Assembly (NCBI GenBank): GCA_965153285.1
Contig: OZ229110.1
Reading direction: 5' to 3' (one strand)
DNA length: 64,000 bases
DNA from: Podarcis tiliguerta
Lineage: Eukaryota
The position numbers were made by a program, and so were the translations under genes. The notes under the pieces were generated by a model. That model worked only from the letters and a program-made list of their open reading frames with translations, was not told where the DNA came from and ran no database searches. This document shows, piece after piece, positions 50,414 through 64,000 of this stretch (position 1 is its first letter; every line of letters begins with the position of its first letter).

Positions 50414-51224
50414 CAATATATAGCACATGTTTATAGACCCAATCAAGATAATATATAACATTTTCTGTTGACCATACACATACATTTTCAGCTCATTTCT
50501 AAGTGTGATTGGACTCTGCTGAGGTGACTAGAAATATATTGGACTGCATGAAAAATAAATGTGGCTGCTTATGACATTCCTTTTGTTTTTTTTAAAATGT
50601 GCAGGCTTATCACTAGTTATTTGTTTGAGAAGCATTCACTTTTTCTTTAAATCATTCTCTTAGCTGCATTGTTCTGGCTCCCTTGTATTCTTGTTATGAA
50701 CAATATTTTGTAAAAGAAATATTTTGGTTTCTCTATCAATCTGGTATTGATTTCTGTTGTCACTGCTCTCAGAAGATCACTTGTTCTTTAAACCTCACTG
50801 AGGAGGTTTTGGGTTGCTGGGAGTGTCAATGTGGCTTCTCTAATTTTCTCTGATGATAATGAAAGCAGCTGGAGAAGGGATGGGCAAAAGATGAAATACT
50901 CTTCCTTTCCTTCTCTTTTTGCACCTACAGTAATGTGGTCCCTGTGCTTGTCATTGAAATGTTGCTTTGTTTTTGTTTGTGTGCTACCACGTTAACCTAA
51001 ATTAATGTAAGCAATTAAAATGCTCATTATCTGAGGCTCAAAAATTAAGTGCTAGTTTGCAGAGCAGCACCTTTGGAGAGCAATATTAGAGCAGAACATC
51101 TCACAAACGTATTTGTTAATGGAAAATGAGAAATGCAGAGGAGATATTGGATCAAGTGAGGGACTAAAGCACTGCAAATGAGCTGGACTGGGGGGCGGGA
51201 ATGTCTATGGGATCATACTGGGGA

Positions 51225-51444
51225 AGGATGGCTAGTAGTCAGGGTGGCTATGTTCTAACCTGTGCTGTCAGGGAAAGGATGCCTCTGCATGTCGGTTGCT
51301 GGGCATCACAAGTGCGGAGAGTGGTGCTGCGCTCAGGTCTTGTCTGTTGACTTCCCTTAGCCATCTGGTTGGCCACTGTGAGAACAGGATGCTGGACTAG
51401 ATGAGCCTTTGATCTGAACCAGAATGGCTGTTCTTATGTTCTTA
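51225..51444 (+). mobile_element. Old CR1-type 3' end with a TTCTTATG tail
   Basis: GGTTGGCCACTGTGAGAACAGGATGCTGGACTAGATG...TTCTTATGTTCTTA; related inverse copy at 57918-58150. Confidence 0.6.
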
Positions 51445-54400
51445 GGATATAAGCGTAGAAAGTTCCATTCCACTCACCTGACCCCTCCTGACTGAAATAA
51501 AATTATATGCCTTTCCACAGCACTCTCTTGTTTTCTTGTGCATTTATTCAGTGGGGGAAATATATGATTAAATAAACATGGTTGTCCTTATCCAGTTTGG
51601 CCCTGAATCTCCAAATGAAAAACAAAACAAAAACCCTTTGATCAAATACAGGAGCAAAACACTCTTGAGCCCTGAATTAAGCATCAACCTAGAAACTACA
51701 TTTATATATAAACTTAGCTGAAATTAGACATTTCTGCCAAATTTTCATTGACAGACATCCACCCTTACTTTCAAAACATGCACTTCCTGTGTCCCACTTG
51801 GTATCATTTTCCTTGTTTCATTTTCACACCTGTTTACTACATCATCCCTGACATTTTATTAACCACAAAAAGTGGGATGATTCTGCCAATTAGTAACACT
51901 GTTTTATTCAGTCTGGGGATTTTTTTTATAAAAAAACCCCACTACTGATTGACCTACAGTGGAACAGATGCTTATCTGTGTAGATTATTTGATGTGTATT
52001 GCAAATTCAAATGTTATAGGCTCCGGGAGGAATAGGACATGGCCTTTACTAAAATAGAGACAATAAGAGAGGAATCTTTAGCCAATATTTTTGCTCTTTT
52101 TTACTTTATTTCTGGCAACATTTGTAACCATTAAATGGTCTCAATGAAAAAATATAGATATAGTCAGCTGAAAAATAAAGTCTGTCTAGAATCCAAACAC
52201 AAATATTTACCTCAGCTAAATTATAGTACAACTTACTTACCTATTCATGGATTTAAGATCTGAGGACTATTGGAAACAGATAAAAGAGCAAAGATAAGTA
52301 GTACAACATTATTTACTCAGGAGCATTGTATTTGGTGTGAGGACAAGTTTTTTGTTTTTGTTTTAAATGGGTTACAGAAGTTGTGACTGAAACATTGAGC
52401 GCATTTTCCATTTTTAGTGTAGATGGGAAATGGAGTAGTTATGATTTGTTTGGGTGAACCTAAAAAGAGTTCTACTTGATCAGACCAAAGACCAATTCAG
52501 CATCCTCTTATCATAGTGGCTAAACAGATGCCTATTGGAATATTTGACCATCAAAATATGTACTACAGCACTAAAATGCTCCAATCCAGTGAGGAAACTG
52601 ATATAAAAGCATGTGATTGTGATAGTCATCTGCACTGGGCCCAAGCTAAATTGATGAGCATCCAAAGCCGCATGCCATTAGAGCTCCTTGGGGGCTCTAT
52701 GCTTAAGATGCTTCCAAATTTCGATGTATGTGCAGTTGAGATTTATCTCTAGCAAAAGCACAGCTGTTCATGTTACATACTGACCATTGCTGATCATAAA
52801 ATCTGTACTCTTCACACTCCTGCAACATATTCAGAAGGTAACTTAATCTTGTGCATGTCTCCAAACCTGTCCTCAAAAACATGTGAACAGATGATGTTAG
52901 TATTTCTGACTTTGACTCTAATTGAGCCTTGCAAATATGTTCAAGTAATACAGTAACCTGGTGCTGCACATATTGTTTTGGGGCAATGGGACTAGATTTC
53001 ATTTCACATTGCTATATCACCCGCTATCAACAGTGCCTTGTCATTTCAATCTGTCACACATTTTCTTTGCCATCTTTGAAATCATATGTTAGTCTCATCT
53101 CCATCTCCATCTGGAGCTAGGAGCAAAGAAGCTGTTATACAGTGAGAAATTGTGCTCTCCTGATACTTTGTTCCGTATGGGTGATAGGAATTGAGGAAAT
53201 CCAGAGATGCTCAGCAAAGGAGTGACCTAAGGGGCTGGTACATTTGCACAGCATGTTTATACTGCAGTGAGCTGTACCAAATTAGTGTAACTTAATATGC
53301 AAGCCTTCATATTGACCTGTTTAGATTTTTTGGGGGGAGGGGTTGTTTTTGCAGAAAGCATGTAAAGTACTTTGTAATTTATGTACTGCTCTCACAGAAA
53401 TTGTTAGCAAATATTGTTGGCAAATATAGATCATATTTGGCAGAATAATGACTACAGATGCAATCCTATGCACATTTAGAACAATAAAACCATACATTTG
53501 GAGGGGTCTTGAAGGCTATCTAGTCTGAGCCTTTCCTCAGTGCAGAAAATTCAGAGTGAAAGTATCCCCAACAGATGGCTGTCCAAACTGTATTTGAAGA
53601 CTTCTGGCACGTAAGAGCCTGACTTAACAGTAAGTCACATTACAGTGAGACTTTCTTCTCAGAAGACAGAGGACTCTGCTACATAAGTATTGGGCTACAC
53701 TGCTCACCTGACCTCCCTCTGGCTAAGTCACTGCTGCATAGTGGGAGAGAGGGGAGGCAATGGCGAGACTGGAATAGCACATAAAACATCAATGGGAGAA
53801 ACAGATTGGCTCTGCCATCACGTTTGCCCCATGTTGCCTCCCATCTTCCCAGCAGCAATTCAGTCAGAGGAAGGTCAGAGGAACAGCATAGTCCCATCAT
53901 ACTATCTGCTACTGGTATCAGCAGTGAAAAGGAAAGATCCTGGTTCATATTTCACCTGATGACATTAGCAAGCCATTATGTTTCAGACTCAGCATCTGTT
54001 ACCCACCTTTAAATTGTATATAGCACTTTAAAAGTGTTGCTGCTGCTGCTGCTGCTGTTGTTATCCTGGTATTCCTTATGAAAGGCATGTTAAATGTCAC
54101 TATGCACACTCCCAGACTACTCAAATCCTTTTGAAATCAATGAAATTTAAGCAGTCTAACTGTGCACAGGGTTGTAGCCTTGGTACCTCCACATATATTG
54201 CCTTCTGGATATATTTTTCAAACACATTAAAAACCAAACATTCTGCCTCAATATGCTAATTTTATGAAGCATCGCAGAGATCAGTATGCCACAGATTTCC
54301 CATATCAATAATACAAAATGTTGGTTTATCAAGTTAGTGAGCCAGGAACCGGGGCTGCAATGCAAATAGCACCAGCTCCTCTTTCTGCCAGGCTCTGTCA

Positions 54401-57400
54401 ATGACCATCAAAGTCAAAAAGTCCACTGACAATGATAGTTGTGCCATATGGAGTGCCAAGTCGTGCTATTATTCAGCTTCACTAATATTTGCTGGTTTGT
54501 TGCCAGCATCCCTGTTGGGTTGTAAAACACCCATCTGGCCAAGCTCCACTAAACCATTCAGCTTCAGCTTCAGAGAGCCATCAAAATATGTTAACAGGTA
54601 ACCCAGATAAAGATTTGTTTTATCAAATTTCTCTGAAAAGTGAAGACGTTTTCAGATGATGGAAAAGGCAGTAGTACAAGCAAAAAGAACACATCTTGAA
54701 TACATATTTCTGCATTGTTGACATTTAAAGCCCTGTACAGCTTGTCACTGAGAGACCCTAGAAAGAATCCCACCCGCCTATGAACCTTCATGAGGCTTAA
54801 GATATTCAGGTAGAGACCTCCTTTGAATGCTTTCCTTGGATCAGGTATGTTTGGTATTATCCACAAGATGACTCACTTTCTCAGTAGTGGCAACTTATAA
54901 TGGTTTTTAATGTCATATTGCCCCTTTGAAGCCTGTCAAGCTTCTTGGCCTTTTAAAAACAGGTGAAGGGAAGTGGAGCTCAAAAGTTTTGTGGCATTAA
55001 TTGGTTCATTCATTATTATTTTTAAAAACTAACAATTCATAGGTAACATGCCTTTGAAATAGATGCACCTGGAAAACCTCCTACATCTACTGTGCACCTA
55101 TTTTTAAAATATGTTAGAACATGACTTGGAGGCCTGGATAGGGAGCCATCTTAACTGGATGGACAACCTGCTGTGCCTCAGATCTGACGCAAAGCCTCAC
55201 CTCTACTTAAATTCTGGAGCCTTGGATTCCCTACAGCCTAAAGGGGAAATCAACAAGTGCCTGTTTGTTTTTCTAATTTATATACCACTTTGGGGGCATG
55301 GCCCACCTAAGGCGGCTTATGATATTATAAAAACATAGTGAGCAAAGCAAACTAAAATAATCAAAACTAAGGTCAGCAAACATTAACAATTATTTCAAAG
55401 GCTGGTTGAAACTGTTAACAGAGACTAATAAGCATGCCCAGCTGCTCTATAAGCAAAGTTTATTTTTTTAAAAAGTTTTTAAAAAGAAGAGAAGGGCAGG
55501 AGATCTCAGACGAAACATACCATCCCCTTGCCCACCCCCACCATACCATCCCCCCAATAACACCCCTGAAGATGAGGAGAAAACACCACCCTGGCCCATT
55601 GTCCAGGAATGATCACACAAGAAGCACAGGCTTTATTACAAGGTTTCTTCCCTATCTTGTTACATTGATGTTTCCTAAAGGAACTCTCGTGAATGATTTG
55701 CCTGGCACAATTTTCCTTGCGTGGATGCAGACTGGACTGTGCTGTGTCCTTTCCAGAAACTTGTTAGGTGCAATGCTCTATCTTTTACTGACATGAAACC
55801 CAATCTAAGTTGGATTGCCTGTGACATTTCTGTCTAACTTATTATTTCCCTCAGAGTATAATATCAGAGGGCCGCAGGCACTACTGAGCAACTCCTGAAG
55901 CTTCTTGTTATCACACTGTGCTATCTGGGCTTACATTTGTCATAGTTCAGTTAACAAGAGCAGCTCCCACCAATGCTTTGCAACCAATTCTACACTGCAT
56001 TAGAAAGAACAGCTTAGGCTGTTTCATTTCAAACCTTAAGCCTCCCTTATCCTGTCCCTTTTTTCAACTACTTGGCCCCTCTGTTTCTCCTTGAATGTGT
56101 CCTCTACCATCTCTTTCTCCCGTTGTTACAGGTGACATTTCCTACTCTATAGCTCGCAGCTATCCCTCAACTACAAAGGTAGCTGAAGCAGCTTCCAAAA
56201 ATACCAGCTCCCAGGAGTCAGGAGCGGGTCTCGAGCCTGTGTAATAAATGAATTCATGATTCTCAATCCTCCGATGACATTAATGGTGGTGCGTGGAGCA
56301 AAGCAGCAAGTTAATGTTAATTTCTGCAGGTAATGCGTGAAAGGAGATAGGGAGAGCTTGAAAGGTCAACATCTGCTGCTGTGCAGGAGAGTTGCAAAAT
56401 TTGATTGTCCAGTAAATGTCAACACCGTAGTCAAAAATCTACATGTCACCCTCCCCATTTAATCTTACTTTGCAGTCTGTTTCCCAGCCAGAGATCATGC
56501 TGCATTTAAAATAAAAACCCTTGAGTTCTAAAATGGGATTGTATGATTGCATTACCATGGCAATAAGGCACCTGTAAATTACAAACTTGTCATTTAATCA
56601 GCATAAATGTAGGTAGTACAACGCCTGTGATTTTTATATCAATTTTCAGGGAATGTTGAAGAGCCCTTAATGATTATATACCATAAAGAACTGCATTTCC
56701 AACTGTTGCCATGGTATTATGCGTTCCTCTCTCTCTCTTTCCCCCCTAAAAGACAGTGACTGGAATGCAGAGCGGATAATGAATCTAATTGATTGTCCTC
56801 TGCACCTTGCAGAGATGCTTTATTTTGTCTCTGCTTTTGTGCAGGCTTTTGTTTTACAACAGATCGGAAGCGGGACTACATTGTGTAAAAGCAATGATGG
56901 CTTTAGTAGAGAGGAAGGCAAATCCATTTTTCAGAGAGAACAAATAAAAAGACCAGCTTGAAACTGCCCATATTGAAATTTTCTTCATGGACCACATGGT
57001 AGATAATAACAGCTATTGGGAAAGAAACCACTGCGTTATGTTTAGATACTGAAATTTTCAGTGCAGGGGAAGGAGAGAAGTGGGGGGACTCAAATGGCAG
57101 GATTTATATTCTCTCCATGCATTGGCTTTTTCAAATATTTAAGAATGAAAATATGAAGTAGGCTCGTGGTCAATATTATCTAGCCTGACAGGCAGCAGTT
57201 TCTCAATGTCTCCCAGCCCAGTAAAATCATTTAACTGGAGATCCTGAGAACTGAACCTGGAAAATTGCTCACGAGAAGCACAGCGTTTGTTTTCATTTCT
57301 AACCCACCTTTCATGGCGAACCCTGACAAGATAGCATACAGAAATCTTGAGAACAAAATGGAGTGCAATAAAAATAGAGGGTTGTATCCAGTAAAACACC

Positions 57401-57917
57401 AGTAGAATTCTGCTGGCATGGCAACATTTTTCTTTCCCCTCCTCCCCATCTGTTCTGGAGGGTCCCCCAACCCTCTACAGCTAATTTTAAGGGTCTGCAA
57501 GGTAGGGAGCAGCACAGGGGAGGCAAGGAAAGAAAAGTTCTGTTCTGCTAGTGCATGTCCCTTGTGCTAGTCAACTAAGGAGAGCTGGATACCGCCTGTA
57601 CAGACATCACAGACTATGCCTGTGGGCATGATCCCACTTAAAAATGTTTCAAAGGTTGCTTGAAATAAGCCAGTATGAATTTCCTGATATCCAGCTATGC
57701 TGGCACAGCAGCCACCTTTCAAATATACTCTCCCATTAATCAATGGATCTTCCATTAAAAGGAAATCTGGATATTCAACAGAACTGCTCTTCTCTGCCAC
57801 CCTTCCCGGCAGTGACAAGCAAAGAGGTTCTTTTCTCTCTCTCCCTTTCCACCTCTTTTCCTCTGAAGAAGAAGAAGAAAAATTCTGGTGCATGACTAAG
57901 AGAAGCAGCAGTGGAGT

Positions 57918-58150
57918 TAAGAACCTAAGAACAGCCCTGCTGGATCAGGCCAGTGCTCCATCTAGCCCAGCATCCTGCTGTCACAGTGGCCAACCAGATG
58001 CCTGCGGGAAGCCCGCAAGAAGGACCTGGAAGCAGCAGCACTCTCTTCTGCTGCGGTTTCCAGTAACTGGTATTCAGATGAATGCTGCCTCTGACCATGG
58101 AGGTGGAATACAGCCATTGGAGCTGAGAGTAGCCTTGTCACCCATGAATT
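57918..58150 (-). mobile_element. Old CR1-type 3' end
   Basis: TAAGAACCTAAGAA...CCATCTAGCCCAGCATCCTG...GTGGCCAACCAGATGCC. Confidence 0.6.
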
Positions 58151-60086
58151 AGTCTAACGCCAACTTGGCCAGTGCTTCTCTGGGCTACACAGATTGACAA
58201 TCGGATTTTGAAAAGCAAAAGGGTGCCATACTGAGTGCCGACGCTGCAGCTGGCAATACACTGGGGACTCATTGGAGACTCAAGGAAGGGCTGGGACTAG
58301 TGTCACTGCCTGAGTGGCTGGATTTCCTGTGCAGCTTTGTGCCAATTTATTGTGTGCTTATTGATTCTACGTGCAACACACATGCTAGTGTGCATCGCCA
58401 CACTAGAGGTAGGATTTACAGGAGGATTTACAGGAGTCGGTGGTGCAAGGCGTCTGCAATTCCCCTCCTCTCATGAGTTTTCATCCTATCTTTATGGATC
58501 AACTGCAACCAATGATGCACAGAAGCTTAATCCCCCTTTTAAATAAAATTATACGTGTAATTCTTATATAGGCCTGCTAATTATTGATTTTCTCCAAGCT
58601 CTCATCTCTCCGAAAGTTAGCTGTACTAGAAGTGGTACATCTGCTCATACAAACATTTTGACGGCTAATGATTCCTTGCAACATCTGTTATGCTGTTACC
58701 GAACAGTTGTGGATTCTTTAAGGAGACCCAAGGGACTAGACCTGAGCCACCTCAATCTTGGGTACTGTTTTTGGAAATTGTAAGGAACGCACCATCAGGA
58801 CTGATCTGTATCCACTGTGCTGTGCCCAAATATATGCATCCTTCCAGCACATCATTTCATTGTCCCCTACTGTTTCTCATTCCTTAAAGCCTTTGCTAGT
58901 TTACATTTTTGTTTCACAGCTTGCCACTCGGTCGCAGAATATGAAAGTAGCAAAACAGAAAGTTCACATCTAAATAGAGGAAATGGTGAACCACAGTTAC
59001 GGAGGTGGACTTAACATGGGCGGCAGCAGAATCTAATAGGCTCTGAGAAGTTGGTAGTCAATTGTATGATAATCTCTTGAATAGTAACTAGGACTGAAGA
59101 AACAGATTGAAGGGCTTGAGAAGTTTTTAAAAAGAAGATCAAACTATGCATACAAAGAAGACAATGTTCTTTTAAGAAAGTGGGGGTATTTATACAATGA
59201 ATCAGTCTTCAGCTATTGCTCTGCACATGATGATTTGCTGCCCCAAGCTGGTAGAAATTCTGTACTCCTATGAGATGACTACCTCTTATTTAAAAATGGT
59301 CTGGCAGTATTGGTTTTTCTCCTGCTTCTCGGATTGATAGGAAGTTCATTACAACATTTGTTAAGCACCAGTTTCCTTTGATGAGGAGAGTGTTGACAAA
59401 TGCATTCATTTCTTTTAAAAAGTACCACTTGTGTCCAGTGATGAATAAACTGTGCTTTTGTTGAACAGATGAGGCTGCCTTCTACCGAGTCAATCCATTG
59501 GTACATCTAGTCTGGCAGCATTTCCTCTCTCTGGCCAACTGTAGTTGGATAAGGGTGCAGAGAGTTGTTAAGAGATTTCTATTCCTGCCACAGAGCTACA
59601 ATTCCTAGAGTGGTTTAACAATCAACACATCTTCCCGTGGAACTCTTGAGAGCTGCAGCTTGGTAGGAAGAACATGAGTTTCCTCACAACTCTCACCATC
59701 CTTAGAAAACTACAATTTCAGGGATTATTTGGAGGAAGCTATGAGTGTCACAGTGGTACAATAACACTTTAAAAGTATGGTGTAAATGTGGTCAGTTACA
59801 GCAAATCCTGCCAGGGTCTCTTTCGTCATGTTCTACTGGATACTTTTAACCGGAGATTAGACAGCACTGGTATCCAGTGTGGCAGCTTCCAGATGCTTTT
59901 TGTTTTTCTTTAAAAAAAAATGCCTTCTAGATTAAGCCTCACATTGGTATACAGAGATTCATAAAAACATATTAAAACATTTAAATCACAATATAAAAAT
60001 GAAGGGCAGCTGATAAATCAGGCAGGGCACAACTGTGGAATAACTTGCTGGGATTAAACATGGATAAGAGATGTTATAGAGTCTTA

Positions 60087-61335
60087 GAATCATAGAGTCA
60101 TAGAACTGTAGAGTTGGAAGGGACCCCAAGGGTCATCTAGTCCAACCCCCTGCAATGCAGGAATCTCAACTAAAGCATCCATGGCAGATGGCTATCCAAC
60201 TCCTGCTTAAAAAAAAACCTCCAAGGAAGGAGAATCCACCACCTTCTGAGGGAGTCCATTCCACTGTTGAACAGCTCTTTGCACCAGAAAGTTCTCCCTG
60301 GTGCGTAGCTGGAATCTCCTTTCTTGTAACTTGAATCCATTGGTTCGGGTCCTACCCTCCAGAGCAGGAGAAAACACACTTGCTCCATTTTCCACATGGC
60401 AGCTCTTGAGATATTTGAAGATAGTTAGCAGATCCCCTCTCAGCCTCCGCTTATCCAGGCTAAACATACCCAATTCCCTCAACTATTCCTCATAAGCTTT
60501 GGTTTCCAGATCCTTAATCATCTTGGTTCCCCTCCTCTGCACACATTCCTGCTTGTCAATATCATTCTTAAATTGCCGTGCCCAGAACTGGACACAGTTT
60601 TCCAGGTGTGATCTTACCAAGGCAAAATAGAGTAGTACTATTACTTCCCTTGATCTGGACACTATACTTCTGTTGATGCAACCTAGAATAGCACTAGCTT
60701 TTTTTGCTGCTGCATTACACTATTGACCCATGGTAAACTTTGGATCTACTAAGACCCCTAGATTCTTTTCACATGTACTACTGGCAAGCCAGGTGTCTCC
60801 CATCTTATATTTGTGCAGCTGGTTTTTCCTGTCTAAGCATAGAACGTTACAACTGTCCCTTTCGAAATTCATTTTGTTAATTTGGGTCCAGTTCTCCAAT
60901 CAGTTAAGGTCATCTTCAATCTCAGTTCTGTCTTCTGCGGCATTAGCTACCCCTTCCAGTTTGGTGTCATCTGCCCAACTGATTATCATCCCCTCAATTC
61001 CTTCTTCCAAGATTTTTATAAAGATGTTGAACAATGATGGACCCAGGACAAAATCCTGTGGCACCCAACATGTCACATTTTTTTTTCCAGGATAGCAGGG
61101 AGTACTTTGTCAAAAGCCTTAACCGAAATCAAGACACACTACATCCCCCGCATTTCCCTGATCCACCAAGCTTGTAACTCTATCATAAAAAACAATGAGA
61201 TTCATCTGGCTGTTTTTGAGAAACCCATTATGGGTCTTTGTAATCACGGTTTCCTTCTCTAAGTGCTCACAGACCAAACATTTAATTATGTCAGCTTGGC
61301 ATCGACGTCAAGCTGACCAGTCGGCAGTTACCTGG
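60087..61335 (-). mobile_element. Older CR1, degenerate RT with internal deletions
   Basis: ORF 60207-60482 (ELGMFSLDKRRLRGD...LQERRF); reverse PQ..VLGP and KAFDKV segments separated by deletions; CATAGA tail. Confidence 0.9.
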
Positions 61336-63294
61336 GTGTATATTAATAAGTTTATAAGACTAAGAGGACAAAACAAATGAATGCTCAGCCTCTTGGTTCT
61401 CTAACATTCCTAGCTAAGGATCTTGTGAAGAAGCAGCTTTTCTTTCCTTTTCTTTTTTTGCCCACAGATGCTAATTAATTTGGACATAGGAAAAAAGCAT
61501 CTGAGGAGCTCACATCATACAAGCAGCTCATCTGTAGTTTGTTAACAAAATTAAATGACAGCTAATCTGGTTACAGTCTTTCTATTCGACATGTAACGTA
61601 ATTATATGACTTGGCATGAAGTTTAAGAGCTAAACGTTTTTTCTTCCTCCCACCAAGTTGTTCAAGAAAAGTGATATTATACTATTAGATTAATAGAGCA
61701 ATTATAAGGATCTAGTTGAGGGTGTTCTTAGAGATTCTGGAAGAGAAAATGAATGAATTAAATAAAACTTTAATGTGGCATAGTGATAAGAGGGGAGGGT
61801 TGGCTTAATAAAGACAATCTGACAACACAAAAAATCCAAAAATACCTATATGTGTAAACAATCCAAATTGTTGCAGCTAATTAGCTCTTTCACAGCAATG
61901 CCGGATAGAAATATTAAAAGGTTCATTTGTCCACTGTTGTGATTATCACCCACTAGCTAATTTCCCTGTTGCTATTTTCCTTTTCTTCCTTGTCACTAGC
62001 AAAGATACTTGGAAGGTTTTTCTTGATTTCTACTTATTTCTTAAAATGGCCTGAACAATGCTGAGACACACCATGGAGAGGGAGAGAGAAAGAGGGGTGT
62101 GTGCGGGAGAGAGGTTGTTTGTATGCAGTGAGGCAAGGTTAAAGTTACAATTTCATCTGTTTACTTTCTGACTCTAAATGGCGCTCCCAATGGATTCTGG
62201 CGCCAACCAATGAAGTCCACTCCCTGGTGAAGTCCACAGCGCACCTTTGGAAGGAAGAGGAGGTTACAAATTTAATAAACAACTGCTTTTGTTGTCAAAT
62301 TCAATAATAGTTGTTGTTGGTGGTCTAGTTACTATATCAGTGCATGTGCTGTTCTTGTTCCTATAACAAGCTCTAGCAGTTGTTATGTGTGAAAAAGTTG
62401 GGATTCAAAAAAATTATCTGCCAAGGAAGTCATTCCAAAATTAGACTTCTGTAATGCTTCCAGAATTGATTTTAAGTAGGGCATATTTACACAAGCTCAT
62501 TTCCCCAGCATTGGGGCAGTATTCAATGAACCCATTTTGGCAGCTCAGTGGCTTTTTGTTGCTCACCAGAACTCTCCCTCTAAGGACCCCACCCTTCATT
62601 TCTGGAAGTAAGATTACTTCATTCCAGTACACCTATTCACCATATGTAGATAACTTTGTGCTCATAATTTCTGTTTTGTAGAGGGTTGTTTCTGACTTTG
62701 CAAAACTCTAGTTCCTATATCAAGGAGAGTGGCTGGGGAAACCCAGCCAGATGGCCGGAGTGTAAATAATAAATTATTATTATTATTCTCCTTTTATTTA
62801 TTTTTTTACATGTTTTCTCTGATTGGTGATTTCACAAGTTATTGGGGCGGGGGATAACATGTTGGGAGGAGGTGGCAGCAAACTTATTATAGCTAAAGAT
62901 AACAGAATACTTAACATATAACAAGAAGGAAAACAAAACCCACAGTCCCAAGAGCAGAAATTTCATATGTACCAAAAACATAGCTGCTGGGATGAGAATC
63001 AAATAGAAATGAAATGAAAAGCTACACACAGGCACACCCACTGAGAAGACTCGACGAGACCTGTGTGACCTTAATACTGCGTCCATGCGGGAACTCTGCA
63101 ATGCTTATTAAGATACGGGTAGACATTTAAACTTTTGAAATCTTCATGTGCCATAAAAGAAATGGAATAAAACTGTAGATTCTTATTTTCGACCCTTCCC
63201 GCCCTCAACCTTTGTCTAAATTGGTTGTTTTACATTAACATGTCAGGAACAGAGTGAGCATTCAATGTACATAGTAAAAGCAGCATTCATTAAA

Positions 63295-63600
63295 TCGATA
63301 TAATTTATTTGGACATTTTAAAGGCCTTTGATAAAGTTCCTCAGAAGAAGGCTCTTCTGGAAACTCAGCCTTAATGGGGGTGAGAGATAAAGTTCTCTGG
63401 TGGATTAGGAATGTGGCTGCAGATGGGAGGAACAAAGAAAAGAGAACAAATGTTTAATTTTCAACATGGAAGGAGGTTAATAATGGGGTGCCCTAAAGAT
63501 CCCTGGTATAGCTCGCGGTGCTTAGTATATGTATTAATGATCCAGAAAAAAGAATGAATGACAGGGTGGCAAAAACTGCAGAAGATATAAACTGGCAGGA
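63295..63600 (+). mobile_element. Ancient CR1/L3 RT remnant
   Basis: DIIYLD..KAFDKVP, GVP and INDPEK...AKTAED remnants with frameshifts. Confidence 0.6.
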
Positions 63601-64000
63601 GCATGTAAGTGAGGGAAATGATCAGGAAGAAACCGAAGAGCCCAGCCTCTTAACAATATGGAGTTACATGATGAAGGAAAGAGGGATACATTTAGTTTGG
63701 TTACCATCTGAAGGTGAACCTACCCTATTCAGAATCCTTGAAACAATATGCAAAGTGAAACACATCTCTCCTTGGAAATTCTCTGAATTTTGCAATACAA
63801 TTCTGCAGCCAAGTAACATGTACAAACATTTAAATAAATATGTAAAAAAATGTACAAAATTGCTTTCAGACATGTGTATGTTAGACAAAACTGCACACCA
63901 AGATGTGTATATTGGGATAATGGGCCTTCATAAAGATATATATCAGCAACTTTTGGCAAATATGCCCATCCCTAGCTATTCACAGCCATATATTGAGTAG

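Noticed and set aside
51471-51505. Possible minus-strand microexon (TTTTATTTCAG|TCAGGAGGGGTCAG|GTGAGT)
   Set aside because: 14 nt (or 10 nt) is not frame-preserving and the pyrimidine tract is short; expected by chance in 64 kb.
63518-64000. 160-aa ORF open at the window end
   Set aside because: It starts in a decayed CR1 remnant; the rest has no motif I can assign and is truncated by the window edge.

Overview
Vertebrate genomic DNA, intronic or intergenic. It is almost certainly a squamate reptile and probably a lacertid lizard (inferred from Sauria/Squam SINEs, CR1 LINEs with (ATTCTATG)n tails, BovB/RTE and reptile-type hAT/Tigger MITEs). No host protein-coding gene can be identified with confidence: every long, convincing ORF belongs to a retrotransposon. 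Main elements: a young CR1 with an uninterrupted endonuclease+RT frame (16140-18951) and two near-identical shorter copies; many older CR1/L2 fragments; TSD-flanked SINEs; about ten hAT-type and four Tc1/Tigger-type MITEs; a solo LTR; and L1 3' ends. Most unusual structures: a perfect 240-bp zero-spacer palindrome from a Penelope-like terminal repeat carrying hammerhead-like cores on both strands (7556-7795), inside a composite insertion flanked by a 66-bp duplication; a TSD-flanked bipartite RTE element (5'UTR fused to the 3' end); and two retrotransposon junctions with iterated, locally templated sequence. There is one plausible minus-strand terminal coding exon (10607-10712) and several repeat-free blocks that may be conserved non-coding elements. 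I found no convincing new multi-gene system. All family names come from recalled motifs, not database searches.
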